From positions 8,127-72,126 of the IMG/VR virus record IMGVR_UViG_3300022752_000055: a stretch of 64,000 nt of DNA. One strand, written 5' to 3'. Shown here in pieces: positions 1 to 10,223 of the stretch (its first letter is position 1; each line of letters opens with the position of its first letter). The notes below the pieces were generated by a model. That model ran no database searches. It saw nothing but the letters and a program-made list of their open reading frames with translations, and had not been told where the DNA came from. This DNA comes from a virus. The position numbers were made by a program, and so were the translations under genes.

Positions 1-159
1 ATTACTCGAGAAGTTTTATTTGTACAATGTTCGGATTTAGGAGTTAAGACACCAGGGTATTGTGAGCATAAAACAAAAAAACCCGTTGTTCAGTGTAGTA
101 AAATTGGTGTTAAACACCCTGGTATTTGTTATAGGGATAATGGTAAAATTTGTAGGTAA
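1..159 (+). CDS. 3' end of a Cys-rich protein (truncated by window edge)
   Basis: Frame 1 is open to TAA at 157-159 and has two copies of VQCS.(L/I)GVK.PG.C; not in the ORF track. Confidence 0.6.
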   Translation: MTREVLFVQCSDLGVKTPGYCEHKTKKPVVQCSKIGVKHPGICYRDNGKICR

Positions 160-184
160 TAAAATATTTATAAATAATAATACG

Positions 185-210
185 CCCCACTATTTTATAG
201 TGGGGGTTTT
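185..210 (+). terminator. intrinsic terminator
   Basis: CCCCACTAT-TTT-ATAGTGGGG hairpin followed by TTTT, just after the stop. Confidence 0.6.
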
Positions 211-233
211 CATTTTATGGTATATTTATCATT

Positions 234-1697
234 ATGAAAATTTCTGAATTTTTCCTATCTGAGGGTAGAAAAGAAGACATATTAAAAAAATATATGGAGG
301 ATTTTGATATCCAAGTTTTAGATAGAGTATTAAATGACCCCTTTACAAAATCAAGTAATTACAAATACGCCGATTGGATACTAAAGAAATTAGAATTCAA
401 CTCACTTCCGTTGGCGATGGAAGTATTGGAATTGGTTAAACAATTTGACCGAGTTGGTAAAAACTTGGAAATTAAAGATATTAACCAATATCCTGATGTC
501 GTAGAATTGAGAGCGGCGATAGAAGATTATAGTTCAAAGTCTCAAGAAAAAAAGGTTGACTCTGAAGCAAAAAAAATATATGAAGATGGTAGAATTCTTA
601 TTGTAAAACCATTGTCTCATAAGGCGTCTTGCAAATATGGTGCGGGAACCAAATGGTGTACGACACAATCTTCACCAGGATATTACGAAAAATATACCAC
701 GGGTAACCAAGGACTTTATTATATCATAATGAAAGATTTTGATATAAAAAATAAGTTTTATAAAATTGCATTACATAAAGGAAATTATAATGTGGATACT
801 TGGTATGATGCAGAAGATACTGTAATGCCACCAAGAGAAGTTGAGATATTAAAAGTGTTATTGGGTAAAAAAGCCTCTAATTTAATTGAAAATGATTTTA
901 AAGAGAATAAAAATCAAGAATTAAAAGAATTTTTTAATATAAAGAATAATAATAGGATAGAGGTAATTAATAATCTTTTTAATTCAAAAAAACCATTAAC
1001 TTTTGAATTTAGAAACCCTCAAATAATTAGTGACAGTGAGGGATTGGCGGAAATGGATTTAATTGTTTATTTAGGTCAGGTAAATAATGATGATAGAATA
1101 GAACAAGGGATTTTGATGATTGAGTATAAAAAACAAGCAGATAACTCATATTTTTTTGACATTAGTTATGAACCGAGTGAAGGATTCACTCCTCCTGTTG
1201 AACTTAATAGTTTGTTTCATATGGGTATTAGTTTAACATTAATACTATCGGATACCTCTTCCAGAGGATTCAAATACTTTTGTGATTTATTAAGTTCTCA
1301 AATTTGGAGAAGACTTTATAGAGATAAAAACCTAGAAAAATTTGTTTTGGGTGATAAAAAAGGTTGGAAACCAAATAGAAGTAGTTATGGTTTTACATTT
1401 GAAAGAAAGGGTGGTTTAATTAATAAATTAGTTGATTATTTAGACAGCGGAAAAGAAGGAAGTGCAATGGATTTCTTGGAAGACTCCAAAATTGTTAGAA
1501 TTATGACAAATCCTGATGGAACAAAAAAATATATTGGAAAAAATGGATATATTGAACCAAAAGGATATTTTAGTTCATTTTTTACATCTGCAAGAAACGC
1601 CGGAATATTAAGTTCTGAGAGAAAAAATAAAAAAAATATCTTAACAAAAGGCCCTAACTTTGATGATTTCAAAAAAGGAAATTTAGTCGCGATTTAA
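234..1697 (+). CDS. hypothetical protein with PLS..AS.KYG..TKWCTT domain
   Basis: 487-aa ORF; TATTTAT just upstream; motif shared with 16170..17246. Confidence 0.85.
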   Translation: MKISEFFLSEGRKEDILKKYMEDFDIQVLDRVLNDPFTKSSNYKYADWILKKLEFNSLPLAMEVLELVKQFDRVGKNLEIKDINQYPDVVELRAAIEDYSSKSQEKKVDSEAKKIYEDGRILIVKPLSHKASCKYGAGTKWCTTQSSPGYYEKYTTGNQGLYYIIMKDFDIKNKFYKIALHKGNYNVDTWYDAEDTVMPPREVEILKVLLGKKASNLIENDFKENKNQELKEFFNIKNNNRIEVINNLFNSKKPLTFEFRNPQIISDSEGLAEMDLIVYLGQVNNDDRIEQGILMIEYKKQADNSYFFDISYEPSEGFTPPVELNSLFHMGISLTLILSDTSSRGFKYFCDLLSSQIWRRLYRDKNLEKFVLGDKKGWKPNRSSYGFTFERKGGLINKLVDYLDSGKEGSAMDFLEDSKIVRIMTNPDGTKKYIGKNGYIEPKGYFSSFFTSARNAGILSSERKNKKNILTKGPNFDDFKKGNLVAI

Positions 1698-1698
1698 T

Positions 1699-2043
1699 AT
1701 GAAATATAAATTATCAAACGAAAAATTTAGACAATTAGTTTTCAAGTTACTTAATAATGAATTGGAACAGGGTAGATTTGGTGCTTGGGTAGGTTCTTAT
1801 GGGTATAGTAATTTACGAGTGAATGATGAATATGACGGACTTATGGTTCTTGTTGATGATGAAGATATAAGAATATATCCTGCGTTATATCAAAATATAA
1901 TGGAAGCTCTTGGAATGAATATCTATCAAATAGAGGAGTTTTTACATATGTGGGCGACAACTGAATTACCCAAAAAAATGCCTTTGGGTAAAAAATACTT
2001 TTTAAGTGATAAATTTGTGGATATTATGACTTACCTCCCCTAG
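1699..2043 (+). CDS. hypothetical protein, leader/paralog family
   Basis: MKYKLSNE start; C-terminal helix-W motif like the 29154 and 47274 family. Confidence 0.75.
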   Translation: MKYKLSNEKFRQLVFKLLNNELEQGRFGAWVGSYGYSNLRVNDEYDGLMVLVDDEDIRIYPALYQNIMEALGMNIYQIEEFLHMWATTELPKKMPLGKKYFLSDKFVDIMTYLP

Positions 2044-2254
2044 AAAGCTTGCGAAAATAGATATATAATCCAAAAAATACCCCCGCAATACAATACAAAA
2101 CGAAGTTGGCTTTCCATAAACTTCCGGTCCATAATATTAGAGAATACTGAACGGCATCGAACCCAAAAGGATTGAAAAAAAGTGCCAACATTAAAAAGAT
2201 TTGAGAGAGATTGTCTTGAAACGTTGCTCTCCATGTTTTTCTGTTTATCTCCAT
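2024..2254 (-). CDS. small membrane protein
   Basis: Two hydrophobic segments around FFNPFGFD. Confidence 0.6.
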   Translation of the reverse strand: MEINRKTWRATFQDNLSQIFLMLALFFNPFGFDAVQYSLILWTGSLWKANFVLYCIAGVFFGLYIYFRKLSRGGKS

Positions 2255-2316
2255 CCGTCATATATTGGGATTTAAAATTTATGTTACAATAACTTTTATA
2301 ATACTTATAAATATCC

Positions 2317-2324
2317 TATCTTTG
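2317..2324 (+). promoter_or_regulatory. Bacteroidota-type -7 promoter element
   Basis: TATCTTTG (TAnnTTTG) 4 nt before the ATG at 2329. Confidence 0.6.
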
Positions 2325-2328
2325 TTTT

Positions 2329-2835
2329 ATGAAAACAATTTTCCTTGATATTGATGGTGTATTGGCAACCTACAAGCAATATGTAATGAATAAAAAAAAA
2401 TTTCAGGACAAAAACCCTATTGCGAAAGAATTAAATATAGCATATCCGTTTGACCCCAAGTGTGTTAAGATATTTAATGAAATATTGGATGAGACCGGTG
2501 CGAATATTGTATTGAGTTCAGATTGGAAAGAACTTTTTAATTTAAAAGAGTTGGATAAGATTTTTAAATTCAACGGAGTTAATAAATCACCAATTGATGT
2601 TACAATAAGTGAACTTGCATCATTCGGTAATCAAACTATGAATAGGGCGTTTCAAATAGGGGAATACGTAACGAGAAACAATATCACAAATTATGTTGTT
2701 ATTGATGATTTGAATGTTGGTAAGTATATGGTGATAACGAATGAGGAGAATAAGTTTGTTTTAACCAATGATTTTGAGGGGATTAAACAATTAAGTATAA
2801 AAAATAAAATTATAAACATTTTAAATAATGATTGA
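2329..2835 (+). CDS. HAD phosphatase, Swiss-army-knife RNA-repair type
   Basis: IFLDIDGVL, IVLSSDW and YVVIDD motifs. Confidence 0.8.
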   Translation: MKTIFLDIDGVLATYKQYVMNKKKFQDKNPIAKELNIAYPFDPKCVKIFNEILDETGANIVLSSDWKELFNLKELDKIFKFNGVNKSPIDVTISELASFGNQTMNRAFQIGEYVTRNNITNYVVIDDLNVGKYMVITNEENKFVLTNDFEGIKQLSIKNKIINILNND

Positions 2836-3013
2836 TTTAAGAAAAATTTTGGAAGAAGAAGGTGTTATGAGAAAATACGAAGGCGTTGCACCGGAAGGAT
2901 TTGTTTTGGTTCACGAAAAAACATTGGAAGAATTAAAGATTTTTGATGTTTGGAAAGAATGGAAAAATGATGCGATAACCATTAAAGAGATGAATAACAA
3001 AAATTTTGAATGA
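2828..3013 (+). CDS. hypothetical protein
   Basis: Overlaps the upstream stop, consistent with translational coupling. Confidence 0.6.
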   Translation: MIDLRKILEEEGVMRKYEGVAPEGFVLVHEKTLEELKIFDVWKEWKNDAITIKEMNNKNFE

Positions 3014-3032
3014 TTTTGGATATTTATTAATT

Positions 3033-4403
3033 ATGGATAAAACAAGAAAATTAGTAGAAATTATTGAAAACCGAAATAAGTTAAAACAAATTAATGAAGG
3101 TCCTAGTATGGTTAAACTAAGTAACACTAGTTACCCAAATGTTAAATTTGATAACGACGGAACTAAAAATGATTATGTTAACGATGCATTATTAAACGAC
3201 ATAAATAGGGCTGCCCAGGCGGCAGGAATTGTTGCAACAATAACAACCGCAAAAACAGGTCACAACTCTCTTACAATTAATGGTCGTCCAAGCAGACATA
3301 TGACAGGAATGGGTGTTGATGTTGCAATTTTAGATGGGATAGGGTCTGGCGGAGCGACTAATTCACGTAATGGTATTGCTAGTTTTAGAGAAAAAGGTAA
3401 TAACTTAAAAAATGCGTTAGTTTCTATGGGTTATGTGTGGAATGTGGAATCAGGGAACGATAAGGCGGTTCTTTGGCAAACAGACACCGGAGGAAATCAT
3501 TACAATCACTTACACATATCTAATAAATCGGGTGAGTCTGAAACTAACCCGAGTAATCAAGAACAAAAACCGGGAGAAGAACAAAAATCGGGAGAAGAAA
3601 AAAAAACAGGTGAAAATTCGTCATCATCTAATTTATCTTCAGTTGCTTCTGACTTAACTAAAAAAGTAAGCGGAGGTAGAGGGGGTATGCGTTATTCTGA
3701 TTCAGACACTCTTTTGGCTGACCTTGCAGCAAGTTTTTTAAATATGAAAGAATCTAGAGAATATAGTAATTTTGGTAAAAATGCTTCCATAGGGGAAAAT
3801 AAAATTGTATTGCCTTCATCAGATAACACAACAATAGACGCACCAATCTCCGGTAAAATAGTAAAAACAAATCAACTAGGGTGTAGAAATGAATTATCAA
3901 TACTACATGAAGTTAATGGAGAGGAATACTATTTAACGTATTGTGATATAACTAATCCATCAGTTAGTATTGGTGATAATGTTAGAAGAGGAACAAGATT
4001 AGGTTCAATATCAAATGACATCTCAATTTACGTTTTTAATTTATTAGGTCAAAAGTTAGATTTTTTATCGGTTGGGAAAGAGGAGAAAAAAAATAAAAGA
4101 AATAAAGAAGAGAAAAATAAAGAAGTCAAAAAAAAGAAATATAGTAAAGACGATAGTTATACCTATTATGGTTCAAGTAACAAAAGAAGATACTCTGACC
4201 CAGACGATTTTGTTGTTGACGCATTAAAGTTGCCGTTTAAAGTTTTAAGTAGTTTAACTAAGGGAGGGTTAAAGTCCGTAACAAGCAAAAAAGTTGACGA
4301 TGAAGAAACAGGTAAACCATTTGAACTTCCGGGTGGATTAAAATCCGTAACAAGTAAAAAAGTTGATGAGGAAATTGAAAGAATTAAAAGATTATTAAAA
4401 TAA
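3033..4403 (+). CDS. putative peptidoglycan peptidase (M15-like N-terminus, degenerate M23-like domain)
   Basis: SRH..G.GVD and HYNHLHIS motifs; IDAPISGKI..VSIGDNVRRG; start moved to the ATG after TATTTAT. Confidence 0.6.
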   Translation: MDKTRKLVEIIENRNKLKQINEGPSMVKLSNTSYPNVKFDNDGTKNDYVNDALLNDINRAAQAAGIVATITTAKTGHNSLTINGRPSRHMTGMGVDVAILDGIGSGGATNSRNGIASFREKGNNLKNALVSMGYVWNVESGNDKAVLWQTDTGGNHYNHLHISNKSGESETNPSNQEQKPGEEQKSGEEKKTGENSSSSNLSSVASDLTKKVSGGRGGMRYSDSDTLLADLAASFLNMKESREYSNFGKNASIGENKIVLPSSDNTTIDAPISGKIVKTNQLGCRNELSILHEVNGEEYYLTYCDITNPSVSIGDNVRRGTRLGSISNDISIYVFNLLGQKLDFLSVGKEEKKNKRNKEEKNKEVKKKKYSKDDSYTYYGSSNKRRYSDPDDFVVDALKLPFKVLSSLTKGGLKSVTSKKVDDEETGKPFELPGGLKSVTSKKVDEEIERIKRLLK

Positions 4404-4428
4404 AAAAACCCACCAAAAGGTGGGTTTA
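4404..4428. terminator. bidirectional terminator
   Basis: AAACCCACC-AAAA-GGTGGGTTT between convergent genes. Confidence 0.65.
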
Positions 4429-4453
4429 AAGTTTTCAACCTATTTTAAGTAAA

Positions 4454-4630
4454 TTATTTTGTTGTATCTACTGCGGTCTTAGTTGAATCACAACAAACTT
4501 TAGTTGAATCACAAGATACACTTGTAGAATCACAAACTTTTGTTGAATCAGTTGTTGTTGGTGTTGTTTTAGTTTCTCCACCACACGATGTCAATGCTAC
4601 GATTGAAAGGATTGTTACGATTTTTTTCAT
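4454..4630 (-). CDS. 58-aa lipoprotein with DST repeats (missed by the ORF track)
   Basis: MKKIVTILSIVALTS-C lipobox, then GGETKTTPTTTDSTKVCDSTSVSCDSTKVCCDSTKTAVDTTK. Confidence 0.8.
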   Translation of the reverse strand: MKKIVTILSIVALTSCGGETKTTPTTTDSTKVCDSTSVSCDSTKVCCDSTKTAVDTTK

Positions 4631-4717
4631 TTTAATTTTTAATTTTTAATTTTTAATTAGTTTCATTTATAAATATATCAAACATTGGTTGAATTGTCAA
4701 TTTTTATTTATTTTTTA

Positions 4718-5062
4718 TTAAAATAATATTTGAACGACAATAATAAGAAGTGCCAACAATAATGACAATATTGTTTTTAATGTAAAAGGTTCCTTAAATA
4801 AGGAATAACTCATAACTGAGAAAACAATCATCCCCAACGCAAATCCAATAATCCTACTAGGCCAAATTTCACCATTAAATGCCTTTATAAAATATTTAAC
4901 AGATTCCATAAAAAGCCAACTTATTGGAATACTAAGAAGTAATAATAAAATCTTATACTTATCATACCAACCGTATTTATGACTAACTTGTAGTTGAAAA
5001 AAAGTTAAAATTTGTGCTACCAATCCATATAAAATGGCGTTAACTATATTTGAAAAGTTCAT
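4718..5062 (-). CDS. small 4-TM membrane protein (SMR/DMT-like architecture)
   Basis: Four hydrophobic helices in 114 aa. Confidence 0.65.
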   Translation of the reverse strand: MNFSNIVNAILYGLVAQILTFFQLQVSHKYGWYDKYKILLLLLSIPISWLFMESVKYFIKAFNGEIWPSRIIGFALGMIVFSVMSYSLFKEPFTLKTILSLLLALLIIVVQILF

Positions 5063-5192
5063 TCTGTAAAAATAGTAATTTATATTAAGGAATCAAAGAA
5101 ATATCCATTCATTAATAAATAGATAATCTATGTTTAAAAAAAAAATTTGTCTAATTAATTTTTTTTATTTAGTTTTGTGGAAATTAAAAGTT

Positions 5193-5513
5193 ATGAAAAA
5201 TATTAAAGATTTTTACGAGAAAAATAAAACACGAATTTTTATTGCGGTTTTATTCATTGCATTAATATGTTTTGAAATTAGTTATTTTAACTTATCTGAT
5301 AAAGTAAAACAAAAAGAAACAGAAATTAAATTATTAAATAAAAAATACTTACCTTGTGATAGTTTAAAAATCAGAGTAGACAGTCTTGAGAATGAATTGT
5401 TTATTTTAAACACAGAATTGACCCGACATGAAATCACAAGAGAAGAAATATTTCATAAATACCCTAAGGTAGGGGAAGAATATCAATATTTTATCACAAA
5501 TTTTACAGAGTAA
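5193..5513 (+). CDS. single-pass membrane coiled-coil protein
   Basis: TM segment plus coiled coil; TAGTTTTG element at 5170-5177. Confidence 0.65.
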   Translation: MKNIKDFYEKNKTRIFIAVLFIALICFEISYFNLSDKVKQKETEIKLLNKKYLPCDSLKIRVDSLENELFILNTELTRHEITREEIFHKYPKVGEEYQYFITNFTE

Positions 5514-5528
5514 ATAAAAAAAACAAAT

Positions 5529-6206
5529 ATGAATAATCAATTAGAATTTCAAAAGTATTACACCAAACATTTGGGTAAAGGTTCATTAGACCTACACTAT
5601 CACAATCAAGTTATTGAATCATCTATGACACCTTATATCCTTGAGGAAAGGGAAATGAGGGTTACACAGATGGATATCTTTTCAAGATTACTTCGTGACA
5701 GAATATTATGGGTTGCAGGAGTTGTTGATGATAGAATGTCAACAGTAGTTCAAGCTCAACTTATGTTCTTGGATAATACAGACAAGGCGGATATTACAAT
5801 GCATATTGACTCCGGTGGAGGCTCGGTCAAATCAGGTCTTTCTATGGTTGATGTTATGAATTATATTGCTTGTGATGTAAGAACTGTCAATACAGGAATG
5901 GCGGCTTCTATGGGTTCCGTATTGCTCGGAGCGGGCACAAAAGGTAAAAGAAGTTCATTGAGATTTTCAAGAACTATGTTACATCAATCATCAGGAGGGT
6001 TTAGTGGTAACATTCAAGATGCCGAAATTGATATGAAAGAGTGGCATAAAGTTAATAAAACCCTTTTCGAACTCCTTGGTGAGTATTGTGGAAAACCTGC
6101 GGAAAAAGTAATGAAAGATGCTCAAAGAGACTTATGGTTGGATAGTCAGGAATCTTTAGATTATGGTATTATTGATGAAATTGTTAAAACAAAAAAAATT
6201 AAATAA
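5529..6206 (+). CDS. clpP: ATP-dependent Clp protease proteolytic subunit
   Basis: YILEER..MDIFSRLLRDRI, AASMG (Ser), MLHQ (His) and RDLWL (Asp) motifs. Confidence 0.95.
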   Translation: MNNQLEFQKYYTKHLGKGSLDLHYHNQVIESSMTPYILEEREMRVTQMDIFSRLLRDRILWVAGVVDDRMSTVVQAQLMFLDNTDKADITMHIDSGGGSVKSGLSMVDVMNYIACDVRTVNTGMAASMGSVLLGAGTKGKRSSLRFSRTMLHQSSGGFSGNIQDAEIDMKEWHKVNKTLFELLGEYCGKPAEKVMKDAQRDLWLDSQESLDYGIIDEIVKTKKIK

Positions 6207-6239
6207 AAAATAAGGTCAGGAATCTGACCTTATTTTTTT
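6205..6239. terminator. perfect inverted-repeat terminator
   Basis: AAAAAATAAGGTCAG-GAAT-CTGACCTTATTTTTT between convergent genes. Confidence 0.7.
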
Positions 6240-6938
6240 ATATTGATTCGCAATTCTACCTGTACCTAAAAAATCGCCCCAACTAATCCACCCTCTTTTT
6301 TTATAATATCGCTCAGGTCTATTTGGAATGTTTTTAGGTAATTTGTTTTCCTTAGCAAATTTTTTATACTCAACACCGGAATTAATTTTTAAATCTTTAA
6401 TTGTTTTTTTTGATTCCTCATATGAGATATAAGACACTAAATTATCCCAAACTTTATTTGTCCCCAAAAAATCCCCCCAACTAATCCATCCTTTTTTTAA
6501 ATAAACTTCTCTAGGGTTTGATGGTATAAAGTCAGGAATATTATTAATGTTAATATACCACTTACTTTTAGAAGTTACTTTTAAATTTTGTTTAACCCAA
6601 TCTTTTACTTCGGTATAACTCATTTTGTATTTAATTCCTGAACCCCCCTCACCACCTTCTGATGTGTTTGTTAAATTATTAAATTTAGATAGGTAGTATT
6701 TTTCTCTTTCCTGCCAAATAATTTTATCGCACTCCTCTAAAATGATAAAATCAATTTGATAATTTTCTTTTATAATCCAATAATCTTTGTGGGTTAATTT
6801 TTTATTTTTTTTAAAATCGTATTTGGTATTATGAATATGTCTTTTTTTTCGATGTTCGGGATTATCGGATTTCCCAACGTATCTAATGATATCAGGTTTT
6901 TTTTTACTAACTAAACCATAAATAAATGTTTTTTTCAT
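6216..6938 (-). CDS. GIY-YIG homing endonuclease with C-terminal WISWGDFLGT repeats
   Basis: FIYGL..RYVGKS..R..H and E; NxxxGGEG; two GWISWGDFLGT repeats. Confidence 0.8.
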   Translation of the reverse strand: MKKTFIYGLVSKKKPDIIRYVGKSDNPEHRKKRHIHNTKYDFKKNKKLTHKDYWIIKENYQIDFIILEECDKIIWQEREKYYLSKFNNLTNTSEGGEGGSGIKYKMSYTEVKDWVKQNLKVTSKSKWYININNIPDFIPSNPREVYLKKGWISWGDFLGTNKVWDNLVSYISYEESKKTIKDLKINSGVEYKKFAKENKLPKNIPNRPERYYKKRGWISWGDFLGTGRIANQYKKIRSDS

Positions 6939-7113
6939 ACCTATAAATATAATAAAAAACAAAAAAAATCATAGTTATTATTCAGGTGGTCTAGTTTTAT
7001 TTTTAATAAAAAAAAGGGTGTCTTTCGACACCCTCTTTTTAGATTTGGAATACCCCCTTTTTTTTTAAAAAAGACCCGATTTATATCCCAAAGTATTACT
7101 CCTTGAGAGTAAG

Positions 7114-7806
7114 TTAACCCATAGCCAATCCTCCTGTTAGAGAGTCTATGGTTGGAATTTTACTTCCAGCATTTTTTACAGCATCAGATATACTTTTCGC
7201 CTTTCCTCCGAACATATTAAACAATTCACATACTTTACCTGAAAGTTTTTCTTCAAGACTTGACACAACTTCGGTATCTTTAAGAGAATTTCCCATTGTG
7301 TTTCTTAAGATGTCAGATATAAATCCGCCAAATTCTTTTTTTTCTAGAAAATTCATTAATGTTGCTTCAATAAGGGATTCTGCGATTAATCTTGTTAGTG
7401 TTTTACAATCTACAAAAGCCTTTATTAAATCTCCGGGTCTTGATGTTAAGTATGATATCATAAATTTTTTAAAAAATCCATTTGATGTAAAACCTAATTT
7501 AGTTAAAATCTTATCGATGATAGGTTCTGCTAACGTCTCAACTCCACCACCAAATAATCCTTTTAACATTCCCCACAAATTAAAGTCCTCACTAATCAAT
7601 CCTTCTTCATTTATTTTACGAAGTTCAACAATCGTTTCTCCAAAAATTGAGACTTGCTTATGTCGTGGTAAAAATTTAAAAGTTTTAGAATTATATTCAC
7701 CTTCAGCAATTAACTTTAATCGTGAGACTATAATTTTCTCTTCAATCATTAAGTTATCTTTCTTTTCTTTTATTTCTAAAAGTTTTTTTCTTATTTCTTT
7801 TTTCAT
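7114..7806 (-). CDS. hypothetical protein, possible virion/ejected protein
   Basis: 230-aa helical ORF in a minus-strand operon. Confidence 0.75.
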   Translation of the reverse strand: MKKEIRKKLLEIKEKKDNLMIEEKIIVSRLKLIAEGEYNSKTFKFLPRHKQVSIFGETIVELRKINEEGLISEDFNLWGMLKGLFGGGVETLAEPIIDKILTKLGFTSNGFFKKFMISYLTSRPGDLIKAFVDCKTLTRLIAESLIEATLMNFLEKKEFGGFISDILRNTMGNSLKDTEVVSSLEEKLSGKVCELFNMFGGKAKSISDAVKNAGSKIPTIDSLTGGLAMG

Positions 7807-7812
7807 ATAAAA

Positions 7813-8973
7813 TTAGTTATTGTTATCAAGTCTATAAGCATTTTGTCTTTCAGGAGGTGTTCCAATTGGATTTTCTTTACCTGAGAAGAAATCAACGATA
7901 TCGTCCATTTTTCTCGAACCACCCATAAATCCTAAATTCCAATTACCTTCACATTTTCCTTGTGATTTTTTCAAATCTTTAGAACAGAATCTTCTTTTAC
8001 ATGCTTGGGCGTTTCTTTTCATTTCTTGGAATGCGGTTGTTGTTGCGTCAACACCATTCTCATATCCTCTCATATATTCAACCAAAACTCCTTTACAATC
8101 TCTTTTATCAACCTGTTTAAATTCTGATTCTTGACTTACAACACCTCTCGATGCGGTTCTAACATCTTTCAAACATGCCGGGTTAACAAATATCTTCAAA
8201 CCTTCTTTAACACCATATTCCGCACCACCAACAACATCAACTAAACTCCATTTAGGTTCCACTAAAGGTTGCTCGGCTTGGAATGCCCAACAAAAACTTC
8301 CGGGGTTATTGGGGTCTACTTTATCTTTGGTTCTTTGAAATCTATTTCCATATCTATTAATTAAAAAATCAATAACTTCTGTTTGTTCTGCAGAGCCAGC
8401 TCCTCCAATAGTTTTTCCTTTTTTCTTAAAATAATCTTTACCATTAATTTTTTTCTGTTCGTAGAATTGAGGGTCAGAAAGGTTTATATTTGCAGCTTTG
8501 GCTTCATCATATGTCATCCATCCACCGGCTTTTATTTCTTGGTCGCTAGCGGTTGCTTTGAAATCGTCTGATTGTGCGGTTAACCCGGCACATTTCCATT
8601 TATATGTACCTTTTTTAACCCAAGAATTATTTGCCACCTTTGTTCCATCATATACATCAAATGTCATATCATTTTTGTATACTAGAACATCACCTGTAAC
8701 ATATTTAGGTTTATTAGTAACAGCACTTAATGAACCGTCTTTAGTTGCGGTAATTTTAATTGCCCTATTTCCACCTACCTTGACAAAAGACCCATTTTTT
8801 AATGTGGGACAAACACTTTTAGCCTTTGTTATAAGGTCATTACCTGTTGGCGCAGCAAGTTGTTCGGATAAAAATATTTTTTCTTCTAATTTATTTTCTA
8901 AAATAAATTTATAATCTTTATGTTGTTTTAATATTTCATTTTTTTCCGATTCTGATACTATAAATTTTTTCAT
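7813..8973 (-). CDS. hypothetical protein with leader
   Basis: MKKFIVSESEKNEILKQH leader; 386 aa. Confidence 0.8.
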   Translation of the reverse strand: MKKFIVSESEKNEILKQHKDYKFILENKLEEKIFLSEQLAAPTGNDLITKAKSVCPTLKNGSFVKVGGNRAIKITATKDGSLSAVTNKPKYVTGDVLVYKNDMTFDVYDGTKVANNSWVKKGTYKWKCAGLTAQSDDFKATASDQEIKAGGWMTYDEAKAANINLSDPQFYEQKKINGKDYFKKKGKTIGGAGSAEQTEVIDFLINRYGNRFQRTKDKVDPNNPGSFCWAFQAEQPLVEPKWSLVDVVGGAEYGVKEGLKIFVNPACLKDVRTASRGVVSQESEFKQVDKRDCKGVLVEYMRGYENGVDATTTAFQEMKRNAQACKRRFCSKDLKKSQGKCEGNWNLGFMGGSRKMDDIVDFFSGKENPIGTPPERQNAYRLDNNN

Positions 8974-8998
8974 TATTTTTTTAATTTTATTTTAAATT

Positions 8999-10198
8999 TT
9001 ATGCTACTTCTTCATCGTCAGTTGATGTTGTTGTTGTTTTTGTTGACGTTGTTGATGTTTGATTTAAATCGGTATCCTCATCTTCATCATCCTCGAATGG
9101 TGTTGAGGTTGTTGTAGTTTTATTACAAACTTTGTCATAGGAATCCTGTGTAATCTCTGTTCCGGAAACACCCGCTCTTTCCAAATACCCTTGTGTAATA
9201 GTTCCAAAATTACCTGTTTGATACTTAGCAGGCATATTTAAACAAGCTTGAATTTCTTTTATTTTATTATTTTTACAATTTTGACTAATTGGGAATGTTT
9301 CAGGACATGAAGTGTATTTACTTCCTCCTCCTGTACCACCACCTGTACCACCACCACCACCATCAACCGGAGGTGTATCAGGAAATTCCGGTGGTAATGG
9401 GTCTCCTGAATCTTTCATAAAGTACCATATAACAGCACCAGCAATACCTAATCTTAACGCCCACTTTCTTATATCTTTCCAAGGCCAATTTTTTACTTTT
9501 TTAAATTTTTCTAAAAAAGATGAATCATTTTTTAAGTTATTTGCAGTATTTTTAGATTCTTTCGCAACTGCTTCAGCATCTTTAGTTACGGTACCCGCAT
9601 CTTTAGTTACGGTACTCGCATCTTTAGTTACAGTACTCGCATCTTTAGTTACAGTACCTGTATTTTTAGTTACAGTACTCGCATCTTTAGTTACAGTACC
9701 TGCAGCAACTTCCAAATCTTTATAATTTTTAACAACCGCATTTGCAGTTGCTTCAGGGTATCCACTGTTTTTTAATAATGCTAAACGGTCTGCTTCACTT
9801 GCATTTTTAAACTGCGTTGCAACCTTATCTTTATTATTATTAAATAAATTCTTACTGTAAGATTCCACAGCACCATCAAACAAACCTGGATTTGCATTTT
9901 TAATTCTACTACCATCTTTTAAAACATCTTTAGTGAAGGCTGCTAAATCTTTTGCAGCTGCTTTACCAGCGGCTGCATTCTTAATAAAATTTTCCGCATT
10001 AGTGGCGTTACCTTTAAATATAGAAAAATCTTTTACTGTGCTTGAAAGGGCTTTAATGTCACCACCAAGAAGTTTTACAAAAAGTCCTCTTGATTGTTCG
10101 TTTATAAAATTAATTTCATAATTCTCACTAAGTGTTAAATTAGTATCATACGAACTTAATAATTTAAATTTTTTTATTTCCTCGTTTAACGTATTCAT
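8999..10198 (-). CDS. membrane-anchored protein with heptad repeats and PG-binding-like C-terminus
   Basis: LNEEIKKFKLL..YD leader, TVTKDA repeats, TM LGIAGAVIWYFM, KIKEIQACL..GNFGTIT. Confidence 0.75.
   Translation of the reverse strand: MNTLNEEIKKFKLLSSYDTNLTLSENYEINFINEQSRGLFVKLLGGDIKALSSTVKDFSIFKGNATNAENFIKNAAAGKAAAKDLAAFTKDVLKDGSRIKNANPGLFDGAVESYSKNLFNNNKDKVATQFKNASEADRLALLKNSGYPEATANAVVKNYKDLEVAAGTVTKDASTVTKNTGTVTKDASTVTKDASTVTKDAGTVTKDAEAVAKESKNTANNLKNDSSFLEKFKKVKNWPWKDIRKWALRLGIAGAVIWYFMKDSGDPLPPEFPDTPPVDGGGGGTGGGTGGGSKYTSCPETFPISQNCKNNKIKEIQACLNMPAKYQTGNFGTITQGYLERAGVSGTEITQDSYDKVCNKTTTTSTPFEDDEDEDTDLNQTSTTSTKTTTTSTDDEEVA
9576..9701. repeat. 6 x 21-nt coding tandem repeat, (G/S)TVTKDA
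   Basis: GCATCTTTAGTTACRGTACYY units read directly. Confidence 0.9.
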
Positions 10199-10223
10199 AT
10201 TTATATTATTATTTATTTTATTT

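Noticed and set aside
9576-9701. 21-nt repeats as a CRISPR array
   Set aside because: The units are contiguous with no spacers; this is a plain coding tandem repeat.
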